64,000 bases of DNA. It comes from Limibacillus sp. (GTDB lineage Bacteria > Pseudomonadota > Alphaproteobacteria > Kiloniellales > CECT-8803). Below, piece after piece: positions 28,872-39,480 of this stretch. The translations under genes and the position numbers were made by a program. The notes beneath the pieces are model-generated. The model saw only the letters and a program-made list of their open reading frames with translations, was not told the DNA's origin and did no database searches. The stretch covers positions 42,454-106,453 of the forward strand of contig JARRJC010000002.1 in assembly GCA_037379885.1 (NCBI GenBank). Reading direction: 5' to 3'. Numbering within the stretch: the first letter of the stretch is position 1; each line of letters opens with the position of its first letter.

Positions 28872-30602
28872 GTGAAACGCCGACTTGCCGCGATACTTGC
28901 CGCCGACGTGGTCGGGTTCAGCAGGCTCATGGGCCTGGAGGAAGCCGGCACGCTGGAGCGCCTGAAGAGGCTGCGTTCGACGATCGTCGATCCGTCGATC
29001 CGGGAGCGGGGCGGACGCGTCGTGAAGCTGACCGGCGACGGTCTGCTGGCCGAGTTCCCGAGCGTGGTGGAGGCCATCGAATCCGCGCTCACGATCCTGA
29101 GGAATCTGGCGGCCTTCGAACCCGGTTGCGCCGAGGAGCGCCGCATCAGGCTGCGCATCGGCATCCACATCGGCGACATCATCATCGAGGGCTCGGACAT
29201 CTACGGCGACGGCGTCAATCTGGCCGCGCGGCTGGAAGGGATCGCGGACCCGGACTCCCTCTGCGTTTCAGAGGACGTCTACCGGCAGGCGCGGAACAAG
29301 CTCCCGGTGGATTTCATCGACCTCGGCATGAAGGAGTTCAAGAACATCGCCGATCCGCTGCGCGTCTATCGGATCGATCCGGCCGGCGCTGCGAACGCCC
29401 CAAAGGAAAAACCTTCCGCCACACCGGAGAGGCGGACGCCGTCAATCGCCATTCTGCCCTTCAAGAACCTCTCAGGGGACGCGAGCTTCGACTACTTCTG
29501 CGACGGCTTGGCCGAGGACCTCATCACCGAGCTTGCGCGCCACAAGCACCTCTTGGTCATTGGGCACCGCATCTCCTCCAACTACGCGGAGCGCGATGCC
29601 GATCCGGGCAGGATCCACCGGGAGACCGGCGCCAATTTCATTCTGGACGGCAGCCTGCGGGTTCTGGGCAACTCCATGCGGGTCACGATCCGCCTGATCG
29701 ACGCGATCAGCGGCGAACACGTCTGGGGCGACCGCATGCAGCGCGAAGTCGAGGATGTCTTCGCCCTCCAGGACGAGATCGTTCAGCGGCTCATCGTGCA
29801 GTTGACCTTCGATCTGGACGAGGCGGTCTGGCGTCAGCGCGAACGCGACCCCACCACCTCCAAAAGCGCCTACTCGCTTTTTCTCAAGGGCCGGAGAGCC
29901 TGGCGGGCGGGCGATGAAGCCGGGGCGCTGAAGCTGGTGTTGGAAGCGATTCAAGCCGACGACGGCTATGCCCGCGCGCAGGCCTACGTCGGGTATTTCT
30001 ATGCCTATAACCTCTTCAGTCAGACGCTCGATCTGGACGAGGAGGAGACGATCGAACGCGCGCGCGAGCACATGGAACGCTCCTTGAGCCTGGACAACAC
30101 TGATCCCTTCGTCTTGCAGCGGGCAGCCATGACCTTCCTTCTGATCGGCGATCCCAAGGCTGCGCTGAAGCACGCCGAGGCTGCCGAGAAGGTGAGCGCG
30201 CGCGACAGCGAGATTCTGGTGATCAATGGCCTCATTCAAGTTTGCTGCGGCGGCGACAAGGTCGCCGGGCTGGCGGCTCTCGAGCAGGGGCTGGCGCTGG
30301 AACCCCGGCCCACGCCAGGCTACATCTGCGCGATGGTGGACGCGCGGCACATCGTCAGAGACTACCAAGGCAGTCTGGAAGCGCTGCGCCCCATCCTGGA
30401 TCCCCCGCACTATCTCCAGCTGTGCGAGGCCGCCAACCTCGCGCGTCTCGGCAGGACGGAGGAAGCCCGCGACGTGGTGCGCTCCATCCCGCCAAGCTTC
30501 TCGGCCGAACGCTTCGCACGCTCGGAAGCCCGCTCCTGCGCCGACCCGGCCGACGCGGAGCACTGGCTCGAAAGCTTCCGCCTCGCGGGCGTCGAGGTGT
30601 AG
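28872..30602 (+). CDS. Class III adenylate cyclase - TolB-N-terminal-like domain - TPR protein
   Basis: GTG start. Cyclase motifs ILAADVVGFS, VKLTGDGLLAEF and DIYGDGVNLAARLE. Then SIAILPFKNLSGDASFDYFCDGLAEDLITEL...RVTIRLIDAISGEHVWG, followed by TPR-like repeats. Confidence 0.85.
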   Translation: MKRRLAAILAADVVGFSRLMGLEEAGTLERLKRLRSTIVDPSIRERGGRVVKLTGDGLLAEFPSVVEAIESALTILRNLAAFEPGCAEERRIRLRIGIHIGDIIIEGSDIYGDGVNLAARLEGIADPDSLCVSEDVYRQARNKLPVDFIDLGMKEFKNIADPLRVYRIDPAGAANAPKEKPSATPERRTPSIAILPFKNLSGDASFDYFCDGLAEDLITELARHKHLLVIGHRISSNYAERDADPGRIHRETGANFILDGSLRVLGNSMRVTIRLIDAISGEHVWGDRMQREVEDVFALQDEIVQRLIVQLTFDLDEAVWRQRERDPTTSKSAYSLFLKGRRAWRAGDEAGALKLVLEAIQADDGYARAQAYVGYFYAYNLFSQTLDLDEEETIERAREHMERSLSLDNTDPFVLQRAAMTFLLIGDPKAALKHAEAAEKVSARDSEILVINGLIQVCCGGDKVAGLAALEQGLALEPRPTPGYICAMVDARHIVRDYQGSLEALRPILDPPHYLQLCEAANLARLGRTEEARDVVRSIPPSFSAERFARSEARSCADPADAEHWLESFRLAGVEV

Positions 30603-30624
30603 GAACACGGCAGGTTGAAGCGGA

Positions 30625-30714
30625 TGGCGGAGAGGGTGGGATTCGAACCCACGAGGCGGTTTCCCGCCCACACGCGTTCCAGGCGTGCGCCTTAAGCCAC
30701 TCGGCCACCTCTCC
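30625..30714 (-). tRNA. tRNA-Ser (anticodon GGA)
   Basis: The minus strand reads GGAGAGGTGGCCGAGTGGCTTAAGGCGCACGCCTGGAACGCGTGTGGGCGGGAAACCGCCTCGTGGGTTCGAATCCCACCCTCTCCGCCA. 7-bp acceptor stem, CU-GGA-AC anticodon loop, long variable arm, GGTTCGAATCC T-arm and an encoded CCA. Confidence 0.95.
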
Positions 30715-30918
30715 TTGATCCCCGGACGGGGGCGCGGTCAGCGCCTGCCGAAGCGCGGAGGAAACTAGCCGAGCGCGCCGGGCATTGCAACGTCTAGAAC
30801 GCGGTTTTTAGCGGCTGAGCGGCGGCCTTGGGAATTCACCCTCAACAGGCCGCGCGCCATGCCCTATAGTGCGCCCTTGAGAGAGGGCTTCACCAGGGGA
30901 CCGCGAAGGACCGAGGCC

Positions 30919-31251
30919 ATGATGCTCATCAAGAACCTGCTGCGCCTGTTGGGGCTGTTGCTCCTGCTGGGCGCCTTGGCGGCGCTGATCTACGACCTGG
31001 GGGGCTTCGCGCCGCCCAGCGACCAGCAGTTCTCCCCGCTCGGCCAACTCTGGTTCCAGCTCCATCCGGGCAGCCTCAACATGCTGCAGGCCGGGATTGA
31101 GCGGAACCTGGACCCGGACCTCTGGCACGAGACCATCTTCCCCATCCTGGAACTGCCGGCCGTCTTCGTGCTGGCGCTTCCCGGACTGGTCCTGCTGCTG
31201 CTCTCGACCTTCGTCCGCAAGCGCGAGAAGCGTCACCGCCTGCGCCGCTAG
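30919..31251 (+). CDS. Hypothetical membrane protein (two hydrophobic helices)
   Basis: ORF 30859..31251 trimmed to MMLIKNLLRLLGLLLLLGALAALIY... A TATAGT -10-like hexamer at about 30862 overlaps the track start, which argues for the downstream ATG. Confidence 0.6.
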   Translation: MMLIKNLLRLLGLLLLLGALAALIYDLGGFAPPSDQQFSPLGQLWFQLHPGSLNMLQAGIERNLDPDLWHETIFPILELPAVFVLALPGLVLLLLSTFVRKREKRHRLRR

Positions 31252-31261
31252 AAGCGCTTCC

Positions 31262-33064
31262 TCAGGAGTTGTCCATCTTCAGCGCCGCCAGGAAGGCGGA
31301 CTGCGGGATCTCCACGTTGCCGACCTGACGCATGCGCTTCTTGCCGGCCTTCTGCTTTTCCAGGAGCTTGCGCTTTCGCGTGATGTCGCCGCCGTAGCAC
31401 TTGGCGGTGACGTCCTTGCGCAGGGCCGAGACGGTCTCGCGCGCGATCACCTTGCCGCCGATGGCGGCCTGGATCGCGATCTTGAAGAGCTGGCGCGGGA
31501 TCAGGTCCTTGAGGCGAAGGCAGAGCGCGCGCCCGCGGGTTTCTGCCTGACTGCGGTGGACCATGATGGAGAGCGCCTCCACCGGTTCCTGGTTCACCAT
31601 GACCGACACCTTGACCAGGTCGCCTTCGCGGTACTCCTCCAGGTGATAGTCGAAGGAGGCGTAGCCCGAGGTGACCGACTTCAAGCGGTCGTAGAAGTCG
31701 TAGACCACCTCGTTCAGCGGCAGCTTGTAGACCACCATGGCCCGCGACCCGGCGTAGGTCAGCTCGACCTGTTCACCGCGCCGGTCCTCGCAGAGCTTCA
31801 AGACCGATCCCAGGTAATCGTCGGGCACCAGGATGGTCGCGCGGATCCAGGGCTCCTCGATGCTGCGGATGCGGGTCACTTCGGGCATGTCGACCGGGTT
31901 GTGCAGCTCGCGCTGCGTGCCGTCGGTCATGGAGAGCTTGTAGACCACGCTCGGCGCGGTGGTGATCAGTTCCAGATCGAACTCGCGCTCCAGGCGTTCC
32001 TGCACGATCTCCAGGTGCAGCAGCCCCAGGAAACCGCAGCGGAAGCCGAAGCCCAGCGCCGCCGAGCTCTCCGGCTCGTAGAAGAAGGAGGAATCGTTGA
32101 GCGCCAGCTTGCCCAGCGCCTCGCGCAGCTCCTCGTAGTCGCTGGCGTCGACCGGGAAGAGGCCGCAGAAGACCACGGGCACGGAGGGCTGAAAGCCCGT
32201 CAGGGGCTTGTCGGTCGGGCGGCGCTCGTCGGTGATGGTGTCGCCGACCTTGGCCTCCTGAATGTCCTTGATGCCGGCGACGACGTAGCCCATCTCGCCT
32301 GGGCCGAGCTGTGTCACCTTCTTGCGCGCGGGCGCGAAGATGCCGACCTCCTGCGCGTCGTGGAGCGCGCGCGTGCCCATGAAGCGCACCTTCATGCCGG
32401 GCTTGATGACGCCCTCCATGACCCGCACCAGGGAGACCACGCCCAGATAGACGTCGTACCAGGAATCGACCACCAGCGCCTTCAAGGGCGCATCGGCGTC
32501 GCCCTGGGGCGGCGGCAGGCGCTCGATCAGCGCCTCCAGCACGTCCTCGATCCCCTGGCCGGTCTTGGCGGAGATGGCGATGGCGTCGGTCGCGTCCAGG
32601 CCGATCACCTCCTCGATCTGCTCCATCACCCGCTCGGGCTCGGCGGCCGGCAGGTCGATCTTGTTGAGCACCGGGATGATCTCGTGGTTGTGGTCGATGG
32701 CCAGATAGACGTTGGCCAGCGTCTGGGCCTCGACACCCTGACTGGCGTCGACCAGCAGGATCGAGCCCTCGCAGGCCTTGAGGCTGCGCGAGACCTCGTA
32801 GGAGAAGTCCACGTGGCCCGGCGTGTCGATCAGGTTCAGGACATAGGTCTCGCCGTTGCGCGCCTTGTAGGTCAGGCGAACGGTCTGCGCCTTGATGGTG
32901 ATGCCGCGCTCGCGCTCGATATCCATGGAGTCGAGCATCTGCTCTCGCAGCTCGCGCATGGAGACGGCTTCGCAGCGCTGGATCAAGCGGTCGGCCATGG
33001 TCGACTTGCCGTGGTCGATATGGGCGATGATCGCGAAATTCCGGATGTGCTTCAGGTCGGTCAT
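31262..33064 (-). CDS. lepA: Elongation factor 4
   Basis: ORF 31262..33601 trimmed to ATG 33064: [29 protein letters not shown]...[12 protein letters not shown]...NKIDLP... 600 aa. Confidence 0.97.
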   Translation of the reverse strand: MTDLKHIRNFAIIAHIDHGKSTMADRLIQRCEAVSMRELREQMLDSMDIERERGITIKAQTVRLTYKARNGETYVLNLIDTPGHVDFSYEVSRSLKACEGSILLVDASQGVEAQTLANVYLAIDHNHEIIPVLNKIDLPAAEPERVMEQIEEVIGLDATDAIAISAKTGQGIEDVLEALIERLPPPQGDADAPLKALVVDSWYDVYLGVVSLVRVMEGVIKPGMKVRFMGTRALHDAQEVGIFAPARKKVTQLGPGEMGYVVAGIKDIQEAKVGDTITDERRPTDKPLTGFQPSVPVVFCGLFPVDASDYEELREALGKLALNDSSFFYEPESSAALGFGFRCGFLGLLHLEIVQERLEREFDLELITTAPSVVYKLSMTDGTQRELHNPVDMPEVTRIRSIEEPWIRATILVPDDYLGSVLKLCEDRRGEQVELTYAGSRAMVVYKLPLNEVVYDFYDRLKSVTSGYASFDYHLEEYREGDLVKVSVMVNQEPVEALSIMVHRSQAETRGRALCLRLKDLIPRQLFKIAIQAAIGGKVIARETVSALRKDVTAKCYGGDITRKRKLLEKQKAGKKRMRQVGNVEIPQSAFLAALKMDNS

Positions 33065-33431
33065 GAGCGGCTTTCTAGGGCCAATGGGGCCCAAATGCCA
33101 GAGAAAACAAAGGCTCCCGGCCTCGCTGGATAGATAGCGCGGAAAGCCCGGCTTGAAAGCCCTGCCGGCGCGGCGCGGACGGGGAAAAATCGACTCCTCC
33201 GGTGAACCGACTCGCGCGCGGCTGCGTAAAAGAAAATAAGACAGAAAAACGCCAAGCTTCCTGGACCATTCATCCCCCCCGTGATGGATTGGCAATATCG
33301 ATCGGCCCGCCGCTTCCCCCCTAGAGCGGGGGGCCGCTTTCTTTTCGGGGCGCCGCGCCCTTTTTCTTGCGCTCGCTGCGCGCGCTGGGCCACCCTCTCC
33401 TCTGCCCTGCCAGAGCGAAAGCCCTAAGCCC

Positions 33432-34031
33432 ATGAGCCAAACCCAGCCGCCGCAAGAGACCGAGACAGCGCGCAAGCGCCCGGGCCGCAAGCCCCTGGTC
33501 AGCCGCGAGGCCTGGATCGAGGGCGCCTGGGCCTTCCTTTCAGAGGCAGGCGACGAGGCGCTGCGGGTCGAGGTGCTGGCGCGCCGCCTGAAGATCACCA
33601 AGGGCAGCTTCTACTGGCACTTCGCCGATCGCGAGGCGCTGATGAAGGCTGTGCTGGAGATGTGGGAGCGGCGCGAGAGCGAGGGCCTGACGGCAGCGCT
33701 GCACGGCGGAGAGGCGGACAGCGGCAAGCCGAAAGCCAAGCTGCGCGGCCTCCTGTCCTGGCTCGCCCCGCGCCTGGGCGGCGAAGCGGGCCTGCGCCTC
33801 TGGGCCCGCCGCGACAAGCGCACCGCCAAGGTGGTCGCCACCATCGACGCCCAGCGCCTCTCGGTCCTGGAACACGCCTTTGCGGAGAGCGGCGCGGGCA
33901 AGAAGGAAGCCGCCGCCCGCGCCCGCCTCGCCTACGCCCTCCTGATGACCGACCCCTTCCTGCAAACCCCCGGAGAGGCCGCCGAGAACGCCGCGGACCG
34001 GGCGCTGAAGTTGCTGGTGAAGGGGAAGTAG
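33432..34031 (+). CDS. TetR/AcrR-family transcriptional regulator
   Basis: The N-terminal HTH region reads ...[41 protein letters not shown]... Confidence 0.85.
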   Translation: MSQTQPPQETETARKRPGRKPLVSREAWIEGAWAFLSEAGDEALRVEVLARRLKITKGSFYWHFADREALMKAVLEMWERRESEGLTAALHGGEADSGKPKAKLRGLLSWLAPRLGGEAGLRLWARRDKRTAKVVATIDAQRLSVLEHAFAESGAGKKEAAARARLAYALLMTDPFLQTPGEAAENAADRALKLLVKGK

Positions 34032-34053
34032 GGTTTCGGCGGCAAAGCGCCGC

Positions 34054-36459
34054 CTAACCCCTCAGCGTTCCGCCGGTGGCCTTTTCGACCTGTTCGACGA
34101 CCTTCTTTGCCACCGCCTCGATCTCGGCGTCGGTGAGGGTCTTTTCGCGGGGTTGCAGGGTGACTTCGATGGCCAGCGACTTCTTGCCTTCCGGCACGCC
34201 CTGGCCCTGGTAGAGGTCGAAGACCTGCACCTGGACGATCAGCAGTTTCTCGGCGGCCTTGGCGGCGCGAACCAGCTTGTCGGCGGGCAGTTCGGCGTCG
34301 ACGATGAAGGCGAAGTCGCGCTTGACCGGCTGGAAGGCCGAGGCCTCCAGCGCCGGGCGCAGGGTGCCCTTGGACTTGGGCACCGGCACCTCGTCCAGGT
34401 AGAGCTCGAAGCCGACCGCCGGGCCGCGCAGCTCGACGGCCTTCAGCACCTTGGGGTGAAGCTCGCCGAAGCTGGCCAGGACCTTGGGGCCCAGGCGCAG
34501 CTGGCCCGAGCGGCCCGGATGGTACCAGCCGGGCGCATCGCTCGAGACCTGAAGGTTGTCGACCGGCGCGCCGACCGCCTCCAGCGCTGCGAGCGCATCG
34601 CCCTTGGCGTCGAAGGCGTCCAGGGGCCGCGTCTTTTCCGACCAGTGGCGCGGCACGCCGGCGCCCGCGCGCAGGCCCGCGATCACCTCGCGCTGCCCGT
34701 CCGGGCCGTCGTCGTGGTAGTCCGCGCCGACCTCGAAGAAAGCCAGGTCGGGATAGCCCCGGTCGCTGTTGCGCGCCGCCGCCTCGACCAGATTGGCGAT
34801 CAGGGTCGGGCGCATGGCGTCCAGGTCGGCGGAGATGGGGTTGTCGAGCAGCAGCTTTTCCGGCACCGGCTGGAAGACCCGCGCCAGCTTGGAGGAGAGG
34901 AAGGAGAAGGTGACCGTCTCGTTCAGGCCGCGGAAGGCGAGCGCGCTGCGCGCATGGCCGATGCGCCGCCCGGTCAGGCTGAGCGCAGGCTGCGGCAGGT
35001 CGGTCTCGCGCTCCAGCGCGACGATGGGAATCTCGTCGTAGCCGTGAATGCGCAGGATCTCCTCGACCAGGCAGGGCTCCAGCTCGATGTCCGGCCGCCA
35101 GGAGGGGCTGAGCGCGACGATCTTGCCGCCCTCCTCGCTCACCTCGAAGCCGAGGTCGGAGAGGATGCGGCTCTGCTCGGACGCCGGCAGGTCGATGCCG
35201 CCCAGGGTCTTCACCCGCTCGGGCCGCAGTTCGATGCGCTTGCGCGTATCGGGGATCTGACCAGCGGAGACGGCGTGGCTCGCCTCCCCGCCGCAAAGCT
35301 CCTGGATCAGGCGGGTGGCAACCTCGACGCCCCAGTCGGCGGACTGCGGGTCCAGGCCGCGCTCGAAACGATAGCGGGCGTCGGAGAGGATGCCCAGACG
35401 CCGTCCCGAGGTAGCGACGCGCACGGGATCGAAGAGCGCCACCTCCAGGAAGACCTCCGTGGTCTCCTCGGTGACGCCGGATTCCTCGCCGCCCATGATG
35501 CCGCCGATGCCCTGGAGCGTGCCCGCGGTCTCGTCGGCGATCACCACGGTCTCGCCGTCGAGCTTGTAGGTCCGCTCGTCCAGCGCCTCCAGGCTCTCGC
35601 CCTCCTTGGCCAGACGCATGGAAAGGTCGCCCTTCAGCTTGGCCGCGTCGAAGACGTGCAGCGGGCGGCCGAGGTCGAAGGTCACGTAGTTGGTGATGTC
35701 CACCAGCGCCGAGATGGGCCGGAGCCCGATGGCGGTCAGGCGGCGCTGCATCCAGGCGGGCGACGGGCCGTTCTTGACGCCCTTGAAGTGACGTCCGGCG
35801 ACGTAGGGACAGGCGTCCTCGGCGCCCTCCGGCAGGGCACGGACCCACTTGATGGGGCTGTCGTAGCCGCCCTCGATCTTCGGCGCGTTCAGCGGCTTCA
35901 GCGTCCCGAGACCGGCGGTCGCCAGATCGCGCGCGATGCCGCGCACGCCCAGGCAGTCGCTGCGGTTGGGCGTGATGGCGATCTCGATCACGGGATCGTC
36001 GAGCCCGGCGATCTTGGCGAAGGGTTCGCCCAGGACCGCGTCCTCGGGCAGCTCGATGATGCCCTCATGATCGTCGGAGAGGCCCATTTCCCGCTCGGAG
36101 ACCAGCATGCCGTTGGACTCCTGACCCCGGATCACGCCCTTCTTCAGGTCGATGCCGGTGCCGGGGATGTGGGTGCCGGTGGGCGCGAAGACGCCCTTCA
36201 TGCCCGTGCGCGCGTTGGGCGCGCCGCAGACCACCTGCACATCGCCCTCCTTGGTCTCGACGATGCAGACGCGCAGCCGGTCGGCGTCGGGATGGGGCTT
36301 GGCTTCCTTGACGTAGGCCACCGTGAAGGGCGCCAGTTCGGCGGCCTTGTCCTCGACGCCCTCGACCTCCAGGCCGATCATGGAAAGCTTGGTGACGATC
36401 TCGTCCAGGGACGCCTGGGTCTCCAGGTGATCCTTCAGCCAGTTGAGGGTGAACTTCAT
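34054..36459 (-). CDS. pheT: Phenylalanine-tRNA ligase beta subunit
   Basis: 801 aa, MKFTLNWLKDHLETQASLDEIVTKLSMIGLEVEGVED... Confidence 0.97.
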   Translation of the reverse strand: MKFTLNWLKDHLETQASLDEIVTKLSMIGLEVEGVEDKAAELAPFTVAYVKEAKPHPDADRLRVCIVETKEGDVQVVCGAPNARTGMKGVFAPTGTHIPGTGIDLKKGVIRGQESNGMLVSEREMGLSDDHEGIIELPEDAVLGEPFAKIAGLDDPVIEIAITPNRSDCLGVRGIARDLATAGLGTLKPLNAPKIEGGYDSPIKWVRALPEGAEDACPYVAGRHFKGVKNGPSPAWMQRRLTAIGLRPISALVDITNYVTFDLGRPLHVFDAAKLKGDLSMRLAKEGESLEALDERTYKLDGETVVIADETAGTLQGIGGIMGGEESGVTEETTEVFLEVALFDPVRVATSGRRLGILSDARYRFERGLDPQSADWGVEVATRLIQELCGGEASHAVSAGQIPDTRKRIELRPERVKTLGGIDLPASEQSRILSDLGFEVSEEGGKIVALSPSWRPDIELEPCLVEEILRIHGYDEIPIVALERETDLPQPALSLTGRRIGHARSALAFRGLNETVTFSFLSSKLARVFQPVPEKLLLDNPISADLDAMRPTLIANLVEAAARNSDRGYPDLAFFEVGADYHDDGPDGQREVIAGLRAGAGVPRHWSEKTRPLDAFDAKGDALAALEAVGAPVDNLQVSSDAPGWYHPGRSGQLRLGPKVLASFGELHPKVLKAVELRGPAVGFELYLDEVPVPKSKGTLRPALEASAFQPVKRDFAFIVDAELPADKLVRAAKAAEKLLIVQVQVFDLYQGQGVPEGKKSLAIEVTLQPREKTLTDAEIEAVAKKVVEQVEKATGGTLRG

Positions 36460-36462
36460 GAC

Positions 36463-37533
36463 CTAGAGCCCCCTCACCAGACTGGGAACGTCGAGCGGCA
36501 GGAAGCCGTAGTGCTTCAGCCAGCGCAGATCGCTCTCGTAGAAGGTGCGCAGATCGGGAATGCCGTACTTCAGCATGGCGATGCGCTCGATCCCCATGCC
36601 GAAGGCGAAGCCCTGATACTTGTCGGAATCGATGCCGCAGTGGGCCAGCACCTTGGGGTGCACCATGCCGCAGCCCAGGATCTCCAGCCAATCCGCGCCC
36701 GCCCCGATCTTCAGTTGCCCGCCGTCGCGCGAGCAGCCGATGTCGACCTCGGCGGAGGGTTCGGTGAAGGGGAAGTAGCTGGGCCGGAAACGGACCGGCA
36801 GATCCTCCACGTCGAAGTAGGTGCGGCAGAAGTCGATCAGCGTGCCCTTCAGCTCGCCCATGTGGGCCTTCTCGTCGATCACCAGCCCCTCGACCTGATG
36901 GAACATCGGGCTGTGGGTGGCGTCGGAGTCGGAACGGAAGGTGCGGCCCGGCGCGATGATGCGGATCGGCGGCGTGGTCTTCTGCATGGTGCGGATCTGC
37001 ACCGGCGAGGTGTGGGTCCGCAGGACCTGACGCGTGCCGTCTTCGCGCGGCTTCAGGTAGAAGGTGTCGTGGTCCTGACGCGCGGGGTGCTCCTCGGGGA
37101 TGTTGAGGGCCGTGAAGTTGTGGAAATCGTCTTCGATGTGCGGCCCGGTCGCGACCGAAAAGCCCATCTCGCCGAAGATCGCCACCAGTTCGTCCACCGT
37201 GCGGCTGATCGGGTGGATGCGGCCCAGTTCGCCAGGCCGGGCCGGCAGGGTGACGTCGATGGTCTCGCGCGCGAGGCGGGCGTCCAACTCGGCGCTCTCC
37301 AGCCCCTCCTTGCGGGCCTCGATGGCCTCCGCGATCTCGTCCTTCAGGCGGTTGAGGGCCTGGCCGCGCTCGCGCCGCTCGTCGGGATCGAGCTGGCCGA
37401 GCGACTTCATCTGCTGGGTGATCAGCCCCTTCTTGCCGAGCGCCTCGACGCGCAGGGCCTCCAGCGCCTGGAGGGTTTCGGCCTCCTCGGCGCGCTTGGT
37501 CAGCTCGGCGCGCAGTTGGTCAAGTTCGCTCAT
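36463..37533 (-). CDS. pheS: Phenylalanine-tRNA ligase alpha subunit
   Basis: 356 aa, ...[12 protein letters not shown]...[19 protein letters not shown]...[11 protein letters not shown]...[18 protein letters not shown]... Confidence 0.97.
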   Translation of the reverse strand: MSELDQLRAELTKRAEEAETLQALEALRVEALGKKGLITQQMKSLGQLDPDERRERGQALNRLKDEIAEAIEARKEGLESAELDARLARETIDVTLPARPGELGRIHPISRTVDELVAIFGEMGFSVATGPHIEDDFHNFTALNIPEEHPARQDHDTFYLKPREDGTRQVLRTHTSPVQIRTMQKTTPPIRIIAPGRTFRSDSDATHSPMFHQVEGLVIDEKAHMGELKGTLIDFCRTYFDVEDLPVRFRPSYFPFTEPSAEVDIGCSRDGGQLKIGAGADWLEILGCGMVHPKVLAHCGIDSDKYQGFAFGMGIERIAMLKYGIPDLRTFYESDLRWLKHYGFLPLDVPSLVRGL

Positions 37534-37567
37534 GACATCCCCGGTGGGTATTCCCTTGAAAAAGCCT

Positions 37568-37975
37568 CTATTCGAGCTGCAGGAGCAACAGGTCCATGGC
37601 CCCGGCGAGCAGGCCGCGCGACTGGCCGTCGATCACGACGTCCTCGCTTGAGACCTTGCCGGACTGCCGGTTGTGGACCCAAAGGAGCTGAATGACGTGG
37701 TCTTCGCCCCTGTTGTCGGTCTTCTCGATGCGCGCCTCGACCAGCACGATCTCGTCCTTGCCCTCGACGTAGGGCCCGGCGGACCAGTCGTAGGTGCCGC
37801 GCGCGCCCGCGATCTCCTGAACCAGCTCGGCGTTGGTCAGGCCGGTGGCGCTCTCCGCACCCTGGACCGCTGCGATATCGCCCTTGTAGCCCTCGCAGGC
37901 CGACAGCAGCAGAAGCCCGGCCAGAAGGACCGGCGTCAGCAGGCGGCTGGGAAAGGTGAAAGACGGCATGCGCAT
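37568..37975 (-). CDS. Hypothetical lipoprotein inserted between rplT and pheS
   Basis: ORF 37568..38050. The likely start is [27 protein letters not shown], with a lipobox LLSAC. The start codon is uncertain: ATG at 37975, 37969 or 38050. I recognise no domain. Confidence 0.6.
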   Translation of the reverse strand: MRMPSFTFPSRLLTPVLLAGLLLLSACEGYKGDIAAVQGAESATGLTNAELVQEIAGARGTYDWSAGPYVEGKDEIVLVEARIEKTDNRGEDHVIQLLWVHNRQSGKVSSEDVVIDGQSRGLLAGAMDLLLLQLE

Positions 37976-38054
37976 GGAAAGCTTCTTGCCGGACGGGGAA
38001 GCGGCCCCGCCCGACAGACCCTTTGCGGCCATCGGGCGGGAGCGTTCCATCGTC

Positions 38055-38423
38055 TTACTTCTGGGCGCTCTCGCGGGCGGCCTGGGCCTGGTCCACGAGG
38101 GACTTAAAGGCCTCGGGCTCGCGGATCGCGATGTCGGAGAGGACCTTGCGGTCCAGCTCGATGCCGGCCTTGTTGAGGCCGTCCATGAGCTGGGAATAGG
38201 TCATCCCGTGCTCGCGCGCACCGGCGTTGATGCGCTGGATCCAGAGCGCGCGGAAGCTGCGCTTGCGCGCGCGGCGGTCGCGGTAGGCGTACTGCCAACC
38301 CTTTTCGACCTTCTCCACGGCGACGCGGAAGATGTTCTTGTTGCGGCCACGGTAGCCCTTGGCTGCCTTGATGACCTTCTTGTGCTTGGCGTGGGCGGTG
38401 GTGCCCCTTTTAACGCGGGCCAT
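38055..38423 (-). CDS. rplT: 50S ribosomal protein L20
   Basis: [35 protein letters not shown]... Confidence 0.97.
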   Translation of the reverse strand: MARVKRGTTAHAKHKKVIKAAKGYRGRNKNIFRVAVEKVEKGWQYAYRDRRARKRSFRALWIQRINAGAREHGMTYSQLMDGLNKAGIELDRKVLSDIAIREPEAFKSLVDQAQAARESAQK

Positions 38424-38470
38424 GACGGCACTCCTTCTTTAATCGGTAATCGCTGCTCGGCAACGCCTGG

Positions 38471-38671
38471 TCAGGCGTTGGGCAGGAAATAACGGCGCAC
38501 GAACTGAGCGTCGGAAGCGGCCATGATCTGCGTGCCGCGTGCCTTGCGCTTCATCTTCTGGGTGCGCTTGCGAAGGTTGTGTCGCTTACCTGCGAAGTTC
38601 ATCCGGACCTTTCCGGTGCCGGTCAAACGAAAGCGCTTCTTGGCGCTCGAATTGGTCTTCAGCTTGGGCAT
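38471..38671 (-). CDS. rpmI: 50S ribosomal protein L35
   Basis: ORF 38471..38743 trimmed to [46 protein letters not shown]... Confidence 0.95.
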   Translation of the reverse strand: MPKLKTNSSAKKRFRLTGTGKVRMNFAGKRHNLRKRTQKMKRKARGTQIMAASDAQFVRRYFLPNA

Positions 38672-38856
38672 TTCGTCATCCTCTTGAGTTCTGGTGCTTG
38701 GTCGATGAACCAAATGAAAAGCGACCGGGCATGCCCGTAACAAAGCCCGCCGCTCTTAAAGCCCTCTTTCGAGAGACGCGGGGTTATAGCCGGGAGAAAG
38801 GCCGATGGCAAGGGCTTCCCGGCAGCCTTTGGGTCAAGGAACGCTGCCTCGTGGCC

Positions 38857-38892
38857 AAAGGAAAAGGGGCGGTTCCGAAAAGAAACCGCCCC
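38857..38892 (-). terminator. Rho-independent terminator after infC
   Basis: Minus strand: GGGGCGGTT-tcttttcgg-AACCGCCCC, followed by TTTTCCTTT. Confidence 0.7.
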
Positions 38893-38943
38893 CGTCTGCT
38901 GTCCTTGCGCCGGACCTCCTCCGGTCCTTGGCGCCGCGCGGCT

Positions 38944-39480
38944 TTACCGGGGCGCGATCACCATGATCATCTGGCGGCCTTCCAGCTTGGGGTGCTGCTC
39001 GACCTTGGCGATCTCTTCCAGTTCGTCGCGTACCTTGTGGAGCAAGGCGAGCCCCAGGTCCTGGTGGGCCATTTCACGGCCGCGGAAGCGCAGGGTGACC
39101 TTCACCTTGTCGCCCTCGCCCAGGAACTTGTTCACCGCCCGCATCTTCACATCGTAGTCGTGCTGGTCGATGTTCGGGCGCATCTTGATCTCCTTGATCT
39201 CGATGACCTTCTGCTTCTTCTTGGCCTCGTTCTTCTTTTTCTGGGCCTCGTACTTGTACTTGCCGTAGTCCATCACCTTGACGACCGGCGGGTCGACGTT
39301 CGGCGAGATCTCGACGAGATCCAGACCGGAATCCTCGGCAAGCTTCATGGCATCGGAAATCGAGAGGACGCCGCGGTTCTCCCCCTCGGCGTCGATCACG
39401 CGCACCTCTCGCACGGTGATCAGTTCATTGACACGCGGACCCTCGCGGGTGGGCGCGGCATTCATCGGTGGCCTTGCTAT
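38944..39480 (-). CDS. infC: Translation initiation factor IF-3, probably with a non-canonical ATA start
   Basis: ...[65 protein letters not shown]... An in-frame ATA at 39480 has an AGGAG SD 8 nt upstream. The first ATG (39465) has only AAGG. Confidence 0.9.
   Translation of the reverse strand: MARPPMNAAPTREGPRVNELITVREVRVIDAEGENRGVLSISDAMKLAEDSGLDLVEISPNVDPPVVKVMDYGKYKYEAQKKKNEAKKKQKVIEIKEIKMRPNIDQHDYDVKMRAVNKFLGEGDKVKVTLRFRGREMAHQDLGLALLHKVRDELEEIAKVEQHPKLEGRQMIMVIAPR

Noticed and set aside
34153-37695. 1180-aa plus-strand ORF over pheT and pheS.
   Set aside because: It is antisense to two universally conserved tRNA-ligase subunits. It is a GC-driven open frame.
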